Of a stretch of 64,000 nt of DNA, positions 41,630 through 51,300 are shown one piece after another. Source of the stretch: Natronomonas sp. GTDB taxonomy: Archaea > Halobacteriota > Halobacteria > Halobacteriales > Haloarculaceae. Position numbers and translations under genes: made by a program. How positions within the stretch are numbered: position 1 is the stretch's first letter; every line of letters begins with the position of its first letter. The stretch is from contig NZ_JBLGBY010000001.1 of assembly GCF_047616845.1 (NCBI RefSeq), positions 18,631-82,630 on the forward strand, given 5' to 3'. The notes beneath the pieces are model-generated. The model saw only the letters and a program-made list of their open reading frames with translations, ran no database searches and was not told the DNA's origin.

Positions 41630-42924
41630 GCGTCAAGGAAGTCGCCGAAATCCCCGTCGTGGAACTCGACGCGGTACCGCGCGCGGACGATGGGAATATC
41701 GATGTCGACGACAGCCCCGAGATCGTGTGGCGTGCCCGCGATGACATAGTCGGCGTCCATGTTCTCGATAGTCGCTTCGAGGTCGGCGATCTGTTCGTCG
41801 GAGTAGCCGACCGCTGGAAGCAGGCGGTCGAGACGTGGGTAGTTCTCCAGCGTCTCCGCGACCGTTCCGACAGCGTGTGGGCGCGGGTCGACGCGCTCGG
41901 CGTCGTAGCGTTTCGCCGCAATCGTCCCGGCGCCATAATCGGCATCGCCGTGGGTAAGCGTCGGCCCGTCCTCGACCACCAGCACCCGCGTTCCCTCGAT
42001 GCGGTCGGGGCCGTCGACGGTCACGACCGAATCGGCGTGCCAGCGGTCGGCGTCCGTCAGTTCCCGGACGGTCGATTCGACCTGCTCGATGGCCTTCTTG
42101 TCAGCGCTGTTTTCCTTGTTGGAGATGACGACATCGGCCCGACGGAGGTTCGTCTCGCCGGGATGGTAGCCCGTCGTGTGGTCGGGGCGAAGCGGGTCGA
42201 CCAGGACGACGTGGAGGTTCGGCTCCGCGAAGGCGAGTTCGTTGTTGCCGCCGTCCCAGACGATGACATCGGCTTCCTCCGCGGCTGCCGCGAACACGTC
42301 GGCGTAATCGACGCCTGCGAAGACGACGTGGCCGCGGTCGATGTGCTGTTCGAACTCCTCGCGTTCCTCGATGGTGACGTCTTCGAGGTCATCACGGTCG
42401 GCGAACCGCTGGACGCGACGCGTTTCGAGGTCGCCATACGGCATCGGCTCGCGGACGACGGCGACCTCGTGGCCGCGCTCGTCAAGTTCAGTGGCGACGC
42501 CGCGGGCGACCTGGGATTTGCCACAGCCGGTTCGGACGGCGTTGACCGCGAGCACGGGCACGTCGACGGACAACTGTATCGAATCGGGGCCCAGCAGTCG
42601 GAAATCAGCCCCAGCGGATTCGGCACGCGAAGCGGCTTCCATCACATGCTCGAAGGAGATGTCCGAATAGGAGAAGACGACCTGGTCGACGTCGTGGTCG
42701 TCGATGAGTTCCTCCAATCGAGCCTCGGGTTCGATGGGAATCCCGTTCGGATACCCATCACCGGCCAGCGATGCCGGATAGCGGTCGTTCGTCGTTTCGA
42801 GTTCGCCGAGGTTCTGCCCCGGCGCCTGCGTGAACGCGACCACGTTGACGTCCTCGCGGCCGCGAAACACGGTGTTGAAATCGTGGTAATCACGGCCGGC
42901 CGCACCCATGATGAGGAGACGCAT
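41608..42924 (-). CDS. COG2403 P-loop enzyme (cyclic 2,3-diphosphoglycerate synthetase / arginine synthetase ArcE family)
   Basis: MGAAGRDYHDFN, AVRTGCGKS, PMPYGDL, TIEEREE, WDGGNN and VEDGPTLTHG motifs; next to carbamate kinase. Confidence 0.8.
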   Translation of the reverse strand: MRLLIMGAAGRDYHDFNTVFRGREDVNVVAFTQAPGQNLGELETTNDRYPASLAGDGYPNGIPIEPEARLEELIDDHDVDQVVFSYSDISFEHVMEAASRAESAGADFRLLGPDSIQLSVDVPVLAVNAVRTGCGKSQVARGVATELDERGHEVAVVREPMPYGDLETRRVQRFADRDDLEDVTIEEREEFEQHIDRGHVVFAGVDYADVFAAAAEEADVIVWDGGNNELAFAEPNLHVVLVDPLRPDHTTGYHPGETNLRRADVVISNKENSADKKAIEQVESTVRELTDADRWHADSVVTVDGPDRIEGTRVLVVEDGPTLTHGDADYGAGTIAAKRYDAERVDPRPHAVGTVAETLENYPRLDRLLPAVGYSDEQIADLEATIENMDADYVIAGTPHDLGAVVDIDIPIVRARYRVEFHDGDFGDFLDAYESELF

Positions 42925-42972
42925 CACTGGCGAGTCGTCTGGCCGGCGCAAAAAGATTGCTCCGCTGTCAGG

Positions 42973-43377
42973 TTACGACGTCGGCCACGGCGCCGATTCG
43001 GCGTCGACGAGCTCGAAGAGGTCGTCGTACTCGTCCGGCAATCCCTCTTCGAGATCATCGATTTCGCCCTCGGGGATGACATCGGCGAGCAGATCGACGA
43101 TGGCCTGTGCGTGGAAGGCCGCGTCTGGCTCCTCCGCGTGGGCCCGTTCGGCGATACGGTCGACGAACTCGTCGTAGCCGAACCGCTGGCCGTGCTCGGC
43201 TGCGAGTACGTAGTGGTCGATCTCCATCGGCAGCGGGGCGGCGAGGTCGGTCGCTTCCCCCGCCTGTATCCGTTCGCTGATGGTGGTGAGGACGGCCCGC
43301 GTTGCGCGGACGGCCTCGCCCTGTTTGCCGAGCTCGAGTCGATGCTGTACTTCGCCGGTGAAGTCGTTGAAATCCAT
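42973..43377 (-). CDS. DUF2267 family protein
   Basis: ATRAVL...ERI..GEA.DLAAPLP pattern. Confidence 0.8.
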   Translation of the reverse strand: MDFNDFTGEVQHRLELGKQGEAVRATRAVLTTISERIQAGEATDLAAPLPMEIDHYVLAAEHGQRFGYDEFVDRIAERAHAEEPDAAFHAQAIVDLLADVIPEGEIDDLEEGLPDEYDDLFELVDAESAPWPTS

Positions 43378-43395
43378 GATAATCCCTCCGAGTGG

Positions 43396-43575
43396 TTACG
43401 AGGCGGCGTCGCGAAGCACTTCGAGATCGCGATTGGTTCGTGCGAACTCCGACAGCGAATGTCGTGCCCCACAGTCCGGGCAGACGAGCGATTCATCCGG
43501 GGCCGGAAGTTCGTCCGCTGAGTTCTCCCAGTGCTTCTCACAGTCGGGACACACGAGTTCGACGAACGCCTCCAT
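43396..43575 (-). CDS. 59-aa CPxC/CPxCG zinc-finger protein (absent from ORF track)
   Basis: Hand translation: MEAFVELVCPDCEKHW...LVCPDCGARHSLSEFARTNRDLEVLRDAAS. Confidence 0.8.
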   Translation of the reverse strand: MEAFVELVCPDCEKHWENSADELPAPDESLVCPDCGARHSLSEFARTNRDLEVLRDAAS

Positions 43576-43620
43576 ACACGTTCAACTCCGCCCGCCGACC
43601 ACAAATAAGTGGTGGTCAAT

Positions 43621-44583
43621 TTACATTTCCTCGCCAACCATTTCGATGAACGCCTGCTGGTCGGGCGACGATGAGAGGAACTCAATTTCGTCGAATCCGG
43701 CCGCCCGATGGCGGTCGATGACATCGAATACGTCGTCGATGTCGGTCGTGATGAGCCCCCACTCGTCCATCTCGGAGAGCGGCACCTCACGGCCTTGCCG
43801 TTCGATTTCGCGGGGGTCGGCGATGCCCTCGCTGAAATCGACGGCCATCGTCCCTCGCCAGAAGCCGGCCGCCTCTCGACAGGCGTCGAGGTCGTCGCCG
43901 TACGAAAGCGTGAACTGTCGGATACGCTCGATTTCGTCTGGGTTGCGGCCCTCGCGCTCGGCGCCGCGTTCCAGCGCCGGAACGAGCGTTTCTTCGTAGG
44001 TGTCGATGTCGACGAGTGTGAGGAAGCCGTCAGCGAATCGGCCCGCGATTTCGGCGGTCTGGGGGCCGTTGCCGGCGACGTACAGCGGGACGCGCTCGTC
44101 GGGAAGCGTGTAGAGCCGTGCGCTGTCGAGGTTCCAGTAGTGGCCGTCGTAGTCGTGGAAGCCGCCGTCCCACAGGCGCGTGATGATTTCACAGGCATCG
44201 TCCAGCCGCGCGTTCCGCTCGGGGAAATCAGGCCATTCGTAGCCGAGCGGGCGTTCGTTCATCGCCTCGCCGGTCGCCAGCGTGACGTGGACGCGCCCCG
44301 GGTACATCGCGCCCAGCGTGGCGAACGTCTGGGCAATGAGACCTGGGTGATACCGGCTGATGGGCGGTGTCACACCCGTTCCGAATCGTACTTCGTCGGT
44401 GCGTTCGAGCGCGGCGCCGAGCCACGGCCAGGCGGCGCCACAGTGGATCTCGGTGTGCCACCAGGGGTGGAAGTGGTCGCTCGTCCACACGGTGTCGAAG
44501 CCGGCCCTCTCGGCGGCTTCTGCGTGGTCGAGGAGGGTCGTCGGGGCATGCTGTTCGTGGGCTGTGAACAGACCGACTCGCAT
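43621..44583 (-). CDS. F420-dependent LLM-class oxidoreductase (G6PDH-like)
   Basis: HEQ, SDHFHPW and TGEAMNE motifs. Confidence 0.87.
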   Translation of the reverse strand: MRVGLFTAHEQHAPTTLLDHAEAAERAGFDTVWTSDHFHPWWHTEIHCGAAWPWLGAALERTDEVRFGTGVTPPISRYHPGLIAQTFATLGAMYPGRVHVTLATGEAMNERPLGYEWPDFPERNARLDDACEIITRLWDGGFHDYDGHYWNLDSARLYTLPDERVPLYVAGNGPQTAEIAGRFADGFLTLVDIDTYEETLVPALERGAEREGRNPDEIERIRQFTLSYGDDLDACREAAGFWRGTMAVDFSEGIADPREIERQGREVPLSEMDEWGLITTDIDDVFDVIDRHRAAGFDEIEFLSSSPDQQAFIEMVGEEM

Positions 44584-44663
44584 ACGACCCGATTCGACAG
44601 CCAGCTAACAAAAGGTTGGGGCACTCCGGGAACGCTTTTGAGGTGCCCGTTCCATCAGAGCGT

Positions 44664-45434
44664 ATGCGACAGGTACGCTTTCGTGACCCGGGCGGCGACG
44701 TTCGGAACGGCGAATGGACGGGGAAACCAGGCGCCGAGATTCGGGCGACGCCCGCCCACGGCAGCCGGATTCGGCTCGAAGACGAGCAGTTCGCCGAGGC
44801 CGACGTCGAGGTCTTGCCGCCGTGTGAACCCACGAAGATCGTCTGTGTCGGTCTGAACTACGCCGACCACGCGGCCGAGCAGGGCAAGGAGGTACCCGAC
44901 CGCCCGCTTCTGTTCCTCAAGCCGCCGAACACAGTCGCGAGCCACGGCCAGACGGTCAAGTTGCTCCCCGACAAGGAGCGGTTAGATTACGAGGCTGAAC
45001 TCGGCGTCGTCATCTCCGACCGCTGTCGGAACGTCGCCGCACGGAACGCGGCGGATTACGTCGCCGGATTCACCTGTGTCAACGACCTCTCGAACCGCGA
45101 CGACCAGGCCGTCGAAACCAACTGGGTGCGTGGGAAGGCGTTCGACAACGCCGCCCCAATCGGCCCCGTCATCGCGACGCTGGACGAGGTGCCGAAAGAC
45201 GCGGCCGTCAGGTGCCGTGTCAACGGCGACCTCCGGCAGGACTCCTCACGAGAGCAGTTCATCTTCTCGGTTCCGGAGCTCATCGAGGAGATCTCGGCGT
45301 ATATGACGCTGGAACCGGGCGACGTAATCTCGACCGGAACGCCCGAGGGCGTCGGGCCACTCTCCGATGGCGACACCGTCGAAGTCGAGGTGGAGGGCGT
45401 CGGAACGCTTCGCAACGAAATCGAAATCCCCTGA
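44664..45434 (+). CDS. Fumarylacetoacetate hydrolase family protein
   Basis: KIVCVGLNY, DYEAEL, GKAFD and TGTPEGVG motifs. Confidence 0.92.
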   Translation: MRQVRFRDPGGDVRNGEWTGKPGAEIRATPAHGSRIRLEDEQFAEADVEVLPPCEPTKIVCVGLNYADHAAEQGKEVPDRPLLFLKPPNTVASHGQTVKLLPDKERLDYEAELGVVISDRCRNVAARNAADYVAGFTCVNDLSNRDDQAVETNWVRGKAFDNAAPIGPVIATLDEVPKDAAVRCRVNGDLRQDSSREQFIFSVPELIEEISAYMTLEPGDVISTGTPEGVGPLSDGDTVEVEVEGVGTLRNEIEIP

Positions 45435-45647
45435 ATGTATTACTGGTTCCGTCCGCCCGTACATTTCTGTGAATCAGCGGACGCAGAGCGGGCGCTCTGT
45501 GGAACGAAAATCACGGGTCTCTCGCCGACGATTCGCGAAGTCTCCGAGGACGAAGACCCCCTGGAGCTGTTCGAAGACCGGGACGTGAGCGTCTGTAACA
45601 ACTGCCGCCGGGTCGTCACCGCGAGAGCGAAACGGGAATCAGAGTAG
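45435..45647 (+). CDS. Small hypothetical, possibly metal-binding protein
   Basis: Starts directly after the FAH stop; H...LCG...CNNC ligand pattern. Confidence 0.5.
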   Translation: MYYWFRPPVHFCESADAERALCGTKITGLSPTIREVSEDEDPLELFEDRDVSVCNNCRRVVTARAKRESE

Positions 45648-46097
45648 CGGCGACGGCGTCCCGAGCAGCCCTGCCACGATGAGGAGGCCGACTGCGAGGA
45701 CGGCCGCAGCGAGGTAGAACGGGCGAGCCTCTCGGGCCGGTTCGCGGATTTTTTCCTTATCGACGCCGCGCTGGGCTTTCGCGCTGCCGATTTCGATGAC
45801 CGCGGCGAGCCCGAGCCACAGCGCCAACATCGTGAGCACGAGATACCCCTGACCGCTGCCGGTCAGTGATTCAGCCGTGTACAGCGTTCCAGCGAGATGA
45901 CCGCCGGTGATGAACATCAGGAGCGCACTGATTCGCGTCACCCACTGGAGTTTCGAGACCACGCCGCCGAATGCCTTGGGTGCGATATCGCCGCTCATCG
46001 CGAGTGGGAGCACGGCGGCGACGACGAACAGCACGGAACCAACCCACAGCGACGCGAAGGCGGTGTGGATGGTGTACATCACGGTGTCTACAACCAT
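45639..46097 (-). CDS. CopD-like membrane protein
   Basis: H...ASLWVGSVLF, TGG and four TM helices. Confidence 0.7.
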   Translation of the reverse strand: MVVDTVMYTIHTAFASLWVGSVLFVVAAVLPLAMSGDIAPKAFGGVVSKLQWVTRISALLMFITGGHLAGTLYTAESLTGSGQGYLVLTMLALWLGLAAVIEIGSAKAQRGVDKEKIREPAREARPFYLAAAVLAVGLLIVAGLLGTPSPLL

Positions 46098-46176
46098 ACA
46101 TCCGCTGTGACCGCCGGTCACTTATATACACGACAATCGGCAGAGCCGTTTTGTGCCGGGCCATCGACCATCACGT

Positions 46177-46899
46177 ATGAACCTTCGTCAGGCGTTCTCC
46201 CCGGAGGGCGTGGTCGCGGTCGTCGGCGCCGGCGGGAAGAAGTCGACGCTGTACGCGCTCGCGGCCGAGCTCGACCGCGCGGTCGTGACCGCATCCGTCC
46301 GCATCCCACCCTTCGAGGGCCAAGTCGAGCGACTCGCCGTCACCGATGACCCAGCCACTGTGGTCGAAGACAACGACGCGTGGCCGCTCGGCCTCGTTCC
46401 AGGCCGCGACGGCGACCGGGAGCGGTATCTGGGCTACGACCCCGCCACCATCGACGCGCTCGCGGAAGCCATCGACGTGCCGATACTCGTCAAGGCCGAC
46501 GGCGCCCGAACCCGGTGGTTCAAAGCGCCCGATGTCGATGAGCCGCAGATTCCCGACTCCGCGAGCGTTGTCGTTCCCGTCGCGAGCGTCAAAGCGGTCG
46601 GCGAACCGCTTTCGGAGGAACACGTCCACCGTCCGGAGCGAATCGCGGCACTGACCGACCGTGAAATCGGCGACGACATCCAACCCGAAGATGTCGTGAC
46701 TGTCCTCACCCACGAGGACGGCGGCCTGAAGGGCGTCCCGGACGATGCCTGCATCGTCGTGCTGTTGAACATGGTCGACGACGAGGAACTCGAAGCGACG
46801 GCGCGCGGGATAGGCGGCGACCTGCTTGACTACGTGGCCATCAATCGCGTCGTTCTCGGAAGGATGGATAATGGACGCGTCGTGGACGTTCTCGAATAG
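46177..46899 (+). CDS. yqeC: YqeC family (selenium/molybdenum hydroxylase accessory) protein
   Basis: VVGAGGKKS, VKADGAR...KAP...EP.IP and HRPE motifs. Confidence 0.82.
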   Translation: MNLRQAFSPEGVVAVVGAGGKKSTLYALAAELDRAVVTASVRIPPFEGQVERLAVTDDPATVVEDNDAWPLGLVPGRDGDRERYLGYDPATIDALAEAIDVPILVKADGARTRWFKAPDVDEPQIPDSASVVVPVASVKAVGEPLSEEHVHRPERIAALTDREIGDDIQPEDVVTVLTHEDGGLKGVPDDACIVVLLNMVDDEELEATARGIGGDLLDYVAINRVVLGRMDNGRVVDVLE

Positions 46900-46940
46900 C
46901 GTGCCCGCAACGTATCGAAGCCGGGCGAGCGGACGGATAC

Positions 46941-47657
46941 TTACAAGAACTCGATGCTCTGCGTGCCGTTCGTGACGTGAACCTCGTGGGTCATCGTCTC
47001 GACGTCCTGCTCGACGAGCGACCAGTAGGAGTTGGCAATCGCGTCAGGGTCGAGGAACGATACCGGGTCGCGGTTGTCGGGAACGCCGTCAGGCGGCAGT
47101 ATCTGACCGTCGATGACGACGTGGGCGACGTGGATGCCCTCGGGGCCGAGTTCTCGTGCCATCGACTGGGCCATCCCGCGGCAGGCGAACTTCGCGGCAC
47201 TGAAGCCGAGCGCACCCTCCCGGCCCCGCTGTGAGGTCGTCGCGCCGGTGAAGATGATGGTACCGCCGTCGCCGGTCGCCATCTCGTCGACGACCGCCTT
47301 CGAGCAGTGCAGCGCGGCTTCCGGGCCGACGGCCAGCGCCCGGCGGAAGGTCTCGGCGTCCTGTTCGCGGACGCCCTCCCACGTCGCCGCGCTGGCGTGA
47401 TTGACCAGGACGTCGACCGCTCCGAGCGATTCCCGTACCTCCTCGAACGCCGCGTCGATAGTCAGTGGGTCGGCAAGATCGGTCGGGACGGCGAGTGCCG
47501 TTCCCGGCGACTGCTCGTCGATACGTTCCGCGAGGTCGTCGAGATACGACTCCGAGCGGGCGAGCAATCCGACGGCGTATCCCTCCGCTGCGAACCGTTC
47601 GGCCAGCGACTCGCCCAGCCCCGGCCCGACGCCAGCGATGACTGCTGTTCGTGTCAT
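46941..47657 (-). CDS. Short-chain dehydrogenase/reductase
   Basis: GVGPGLG, FTGAT, AAKF and HVAHVVIDG motifs. Confidence 0.88.
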   Translation of the reverse strand: MTRTAVIAGVGPGLGESLAERFAAEGYAVGLLARSESYLDDLAERIDEQSPGTALAVPTDLADPLTIDAAFEEVRESLGAVDVLVNHASAATWEGVREQDAETFRRALAVGPEAALHCSKAVVDEMATGDGGTIIFTGATTSQRGREGALGFSAAKFACRGMAQSMARELGPEGIHVAHVVIDGQILPPDGVPDNRDPVSFLDPDAIANSYWSLVEQDVETMTHEVHVTNGTQSIEFL

Positions 47658-47708
47658 GCACCGACAGACGACCGCCCTCGGTAAGAATCGTCGGGGCGCT
47701 TCGACTGG

Positions 47709-48329
47709 CTAGCCGTCCTCGGCGTACTGCGCTTCGGCCCAGTGGAGGTCGTCGGGCGTGTCGACGCTCTCGAAGCTGTCCAGCGAGCCGTGAGCTACGA
47801 GGTCGCTTCGCTCGACGACGACGTAATCGAGCGAGAACAGCGGTTCGATGATGCGCGTGTCCGCCTCCTGAAGCGCCTCCTCGCAGGCCTCGGCCATCGG
47901 CTCCGGCCGGTAGACGGCGTGGATCGGTTCGAACCAATCGCCCGGTCGCGGAACCGCAGCGTCGTGTCCCTCAGCCCGTTCGAAGAGATATTCGATAAGT
48001 TCGGGGTCGAGCACGGGCATGTCCGCGGCGACGACGGCCGCGTACTCGGTGTCGGCTGCTTTCAGCCCCGTGGCGATGCCGCCGACGGGGCCGCGGTCGG
48101 GTTCCTCGTCGGTGGCGAACGTGGGATCGAGTCCGTCAAGCGCCTCGGCTATCGCCACTCGCTGGTCGCTCCGGCAGTTGACGACGAGTTCGTCGGTCAC
48201 TTCGAGCAGGCGGTCGGCAGCACGTCTGATGAGCGGCGTACCGGCGACGTCGACCACGGTTTTGTCGCGGTCGCCCATCCGCGTCGACCGGCCGCCGCCG
48301 ACGACAACACCTGTCTTCTGTTCAGTCAT
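47709..48329 (-). CDS. mobA: Molybdenum cofactor guanylyltransferase
   Basis: GGRSTRMG.DK, GPVGG, ADMP and EPIHAVY motifs. Confidence 0.88.
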   Translation of the reverse strand: MTEQKTGVVVGGGRSTRMGDRDKTVVDVAGTPLIRRAADRLLEVTDELVVNCRSDQRVAIAEALDGLDPTFATDEEPDRGPVGGIATGLKAADTEYAAVVAADMPVLDPELIEYLFERAEGHDAAVPRPGDWFEPIHAVYRPEPMAEACEEALQEADTRIIEPLFSLDYVVVERSDLVAHGSLDSFESVDTPDDLHWAEAQYAEDG

Positions 48330-51300
48330 CAGTTGCGACGCTCACTCCACCGGCACCGTCGAGCGGATGCACCCTGACGCTTGCGACTTTGTACTCGGGG
48401 ATGCCGCTCGTCGGGTCGTACTCCTCGCCAGTAAGGGCGTTCGCCGGGCCGTCGACGAAGTGCATCGGGACGAAGACGACGCCCTCGCCGGGGCGTTCGG
48501 TCACCTGGGAGCGCACGTCGATGCTCCCGCGACGGGACTGGACGCAGACGGTCTGGCCGTCGGTGATGCCCAGTTCCGCGGCCGTTCGCGGATGGATTTC
48601 GACGAAGCTCTCGCCGACGTGGTCGGTCAACGCGTCGACCCGGCGGGTGAGCGTGCCCGTATGGAAGTGATACAGCACGCGCCCGGTCGTGAGCGTGAGC
48701 GGATACTCCTCGTCCGGCAGCTCGCCGGGTTCGCCCATGTCGGCGGGGACGAACCGCGCTTTGCCGTCCTCGAAGTTGAAGCCGTCCTCGTAGAGGAACT
48801 TCGTCCCCGGATGGTCGTCGTCGGGACAGGGCCACTGGAGGCCGCCCTCCCGTTCGAGACGGTCGTGGCTGATGCCGCCGTAGATGGGTGCGACCTGCGC
48901 GATTTCGTCCATGATTTCGGCAGGGGTTTCGTAATCCCAGTCGGCGCCCATCCGGGTCGCAAGCGACTGGACGATCTCCCAGTCCGGGCGGGCCCGACCG
49001 GGCGGGTCGATGGCCGGCGAGACGAGCTGTACCCGGCGTTCCGTGTTCGTGAACGTCCCGGATTTCTCGGCGAAGGATGCTGCCGGGAGGATCACGTCGG
49101 CGTGTTCGGTCGTCTCCGTCGGGAAGATGTCTGCGACAGCGAGGAAGTCTAACTCCGCGAGGGCCTCCTCCGCGTGGGCGATGTCCGGCTCGGACAGGGC
49201 GGGGTTTTCGCCCATCACGAACAGGCCTCGGACGGCGCCGTCGTGGATGGCCTCGAACACCTCCGTGACCTGCAGGCCGACCTCTTCGGGCGGGCGTGTG
49301 CCCCACACGTCCTCGTATCGGTCGACGACCTCGGGGTCGGTCACGTCGCCGTATCCGGGCAGTTTGTTCGGAAGCGTGCCCATATCGCCGCCGCCACCCT
49401 GGACGTTGTTGTGGCCGCGGAACGGCGAGAGGCCGGCGTTCGGCTTGCCGACGTTGCCCGTGAGCAGCGCGAGGTTCGCCATCGCCAACACGTTGTTCGT
49501 GCCGTGGCTGTGCTGGGTGAGGCCCATCGCCCACCCGAAGACGCAGGAATCGGCTTCAGCAATGGTCTCTGCGGCCTCTTTCAGCGCTTCGGGCGGAATG
49601 CCTGCGAGGCGCTCGACCTCCTCGGGTGTGAACGGCTCCACTTTCTCCCGAAGCGCCTCGAAATGGTGGACGTTCTCGTCGACGAACGCCTCGTCGTAGA
49701 GGTCTTCCTCGATGATGTAGCGGGCCATGCCGTTCAGCCAGGCCACGTCGAAGCCGGGCTTCGAGCGGAGATACTGGTCTGCGTGCTCTGCGATGCCGAC
49801 CTCGCGTGGGTCGATGACGACGAGGTCGGCGCCGTCCCGAACGTTCCGCTTGACCTTCGTCGCGAGGACGGGATGGGATTCGGTCGTGTTCGTCCCCGAG
49901 AACAGATAGCAGTCGGCGTTGGCGACGTCGTCGATGCTGTTGGACATCGCGCCGTAGCCGACGGTCTGCAGCAGCGCCGCGACGGTCGAGGAGTGGCATA
50001 GGCGCGCGCAGTTGTCGACGTTCGGCGTGTCGAGGACGGTGCGGGCGAACTTCTGAAGCAGGTAATCGTCCTCGTTCGTGCATTTCGAGGAGGCGAACGC
50101 AGCGACGGAGTCCGGGCCGTCCTCACGTCGAATTTCGCCCAGCTCCTCGGCGATTCGGCCGAGGGCTTCGTCCCACGAGGCCTCGCGAAGTTCGCCGTCC
50201 TCGCGTATCTGCGGCTTCTCCAGTCGGTCGTCGCTGCCGGTGAAGTCGTAGCCGAATTTCCCTTTCACGCACGTCGAGAAGTCGTTTGCGGGGGCGGCGT
50301 CTGGGTCGGTCGCGCGGACGCCGAGAATCTCGTCATCCTTCGAGTGGACGTCGAACCGACAGCCCACGGCACAGTAGCCGCAGGTGGTTTCGGTCGCGTC
50401 GATGCTCCGCATTCTGGCGTCGGCGACCCGCTTTGCAATGCCGAAGAGGATGCCCTCGGAGAAGACACCCGCAGCGATGTCCTCGGCGGCGTGTTCGCCG
50501 GCTTTCACCGCCTGCTCGCCGAGCCGTTTCGCGCTCCCTTTTGCCCGTTTCATGAAGCCCGCAACGCCGGGTTCGGGCTCCGCCGGTGGTTCCGGCTCCT
50601 CCCGTTCCAGCACCTCGCCGACGGAGTTTCGCTGGGTGAATCCGGGGAACGGCAGCGTCGTCGCGTCGACCAGCCCCTCCTCGACGAGGCTGCCGGTCGG
50701 ACACACCGTCGCGCAGTGTCCGCAGGTGACGCAGGTCGAATCGGCCATCGTCTCCGCGCCCGTCTGGAAGCCGATTCGGGTGTCTTCGCCAGTGCCCTCG
50801 ACCCGGAGGACGCCCTCCACCTGGACATCGTTGCAGGCCTCGACGCACCGATTACAGAGGATGCATTTGTTGCGGTCGATGTTGATTGGCGAGGATGCAT
50901 CGAGCGCTTCGTACTCGCTGCGCTCGTCGAAGACGCCGTAGCGTGGATGGGTCACGTCGGCCTCGATGGAGGCGTCCTGCAGTTCACAGCGACCGTTCTT
51001 CCCGCAGGTCGTACATCGGAGATTGTGGTTCGACAACACGAGGTCGAGATTGACGCTCCGGGCCTCGGCAGCATCGGGAGCATCGGTTCGCACCGAGAGG
51101 CCATCGACCGCGGGCGTTGAGCAGGCGGCGACGAGCCCCTCGCGGTCGGTCTCGACCATGCAAGTGCGGCACGTCGACCGCGGGCCGATTTCCTCGCCGG
51201 CCTCGGTATCGCGGCCGTAGTGACACAACGCCGGCACCTCGCTGCCTGCGGCCTCGACCGCATCAAGCAACGTTCCACCGGGCGGAACGGCGACAGTTTC

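Noticed and set aside
41659-43521. Long antisense ORFs (this 620-aa one, 33471-35189, 35504-37114 and many others)
   Set aside because: Shadow frames of real genes, expected from the scarcity of stop codons in high-GC DNA.
49990-50015. Selenocysteine in the FDH active site
   Set aside because: The frame reads ARLCH with a normal Cys codon and no in-frame TGA.
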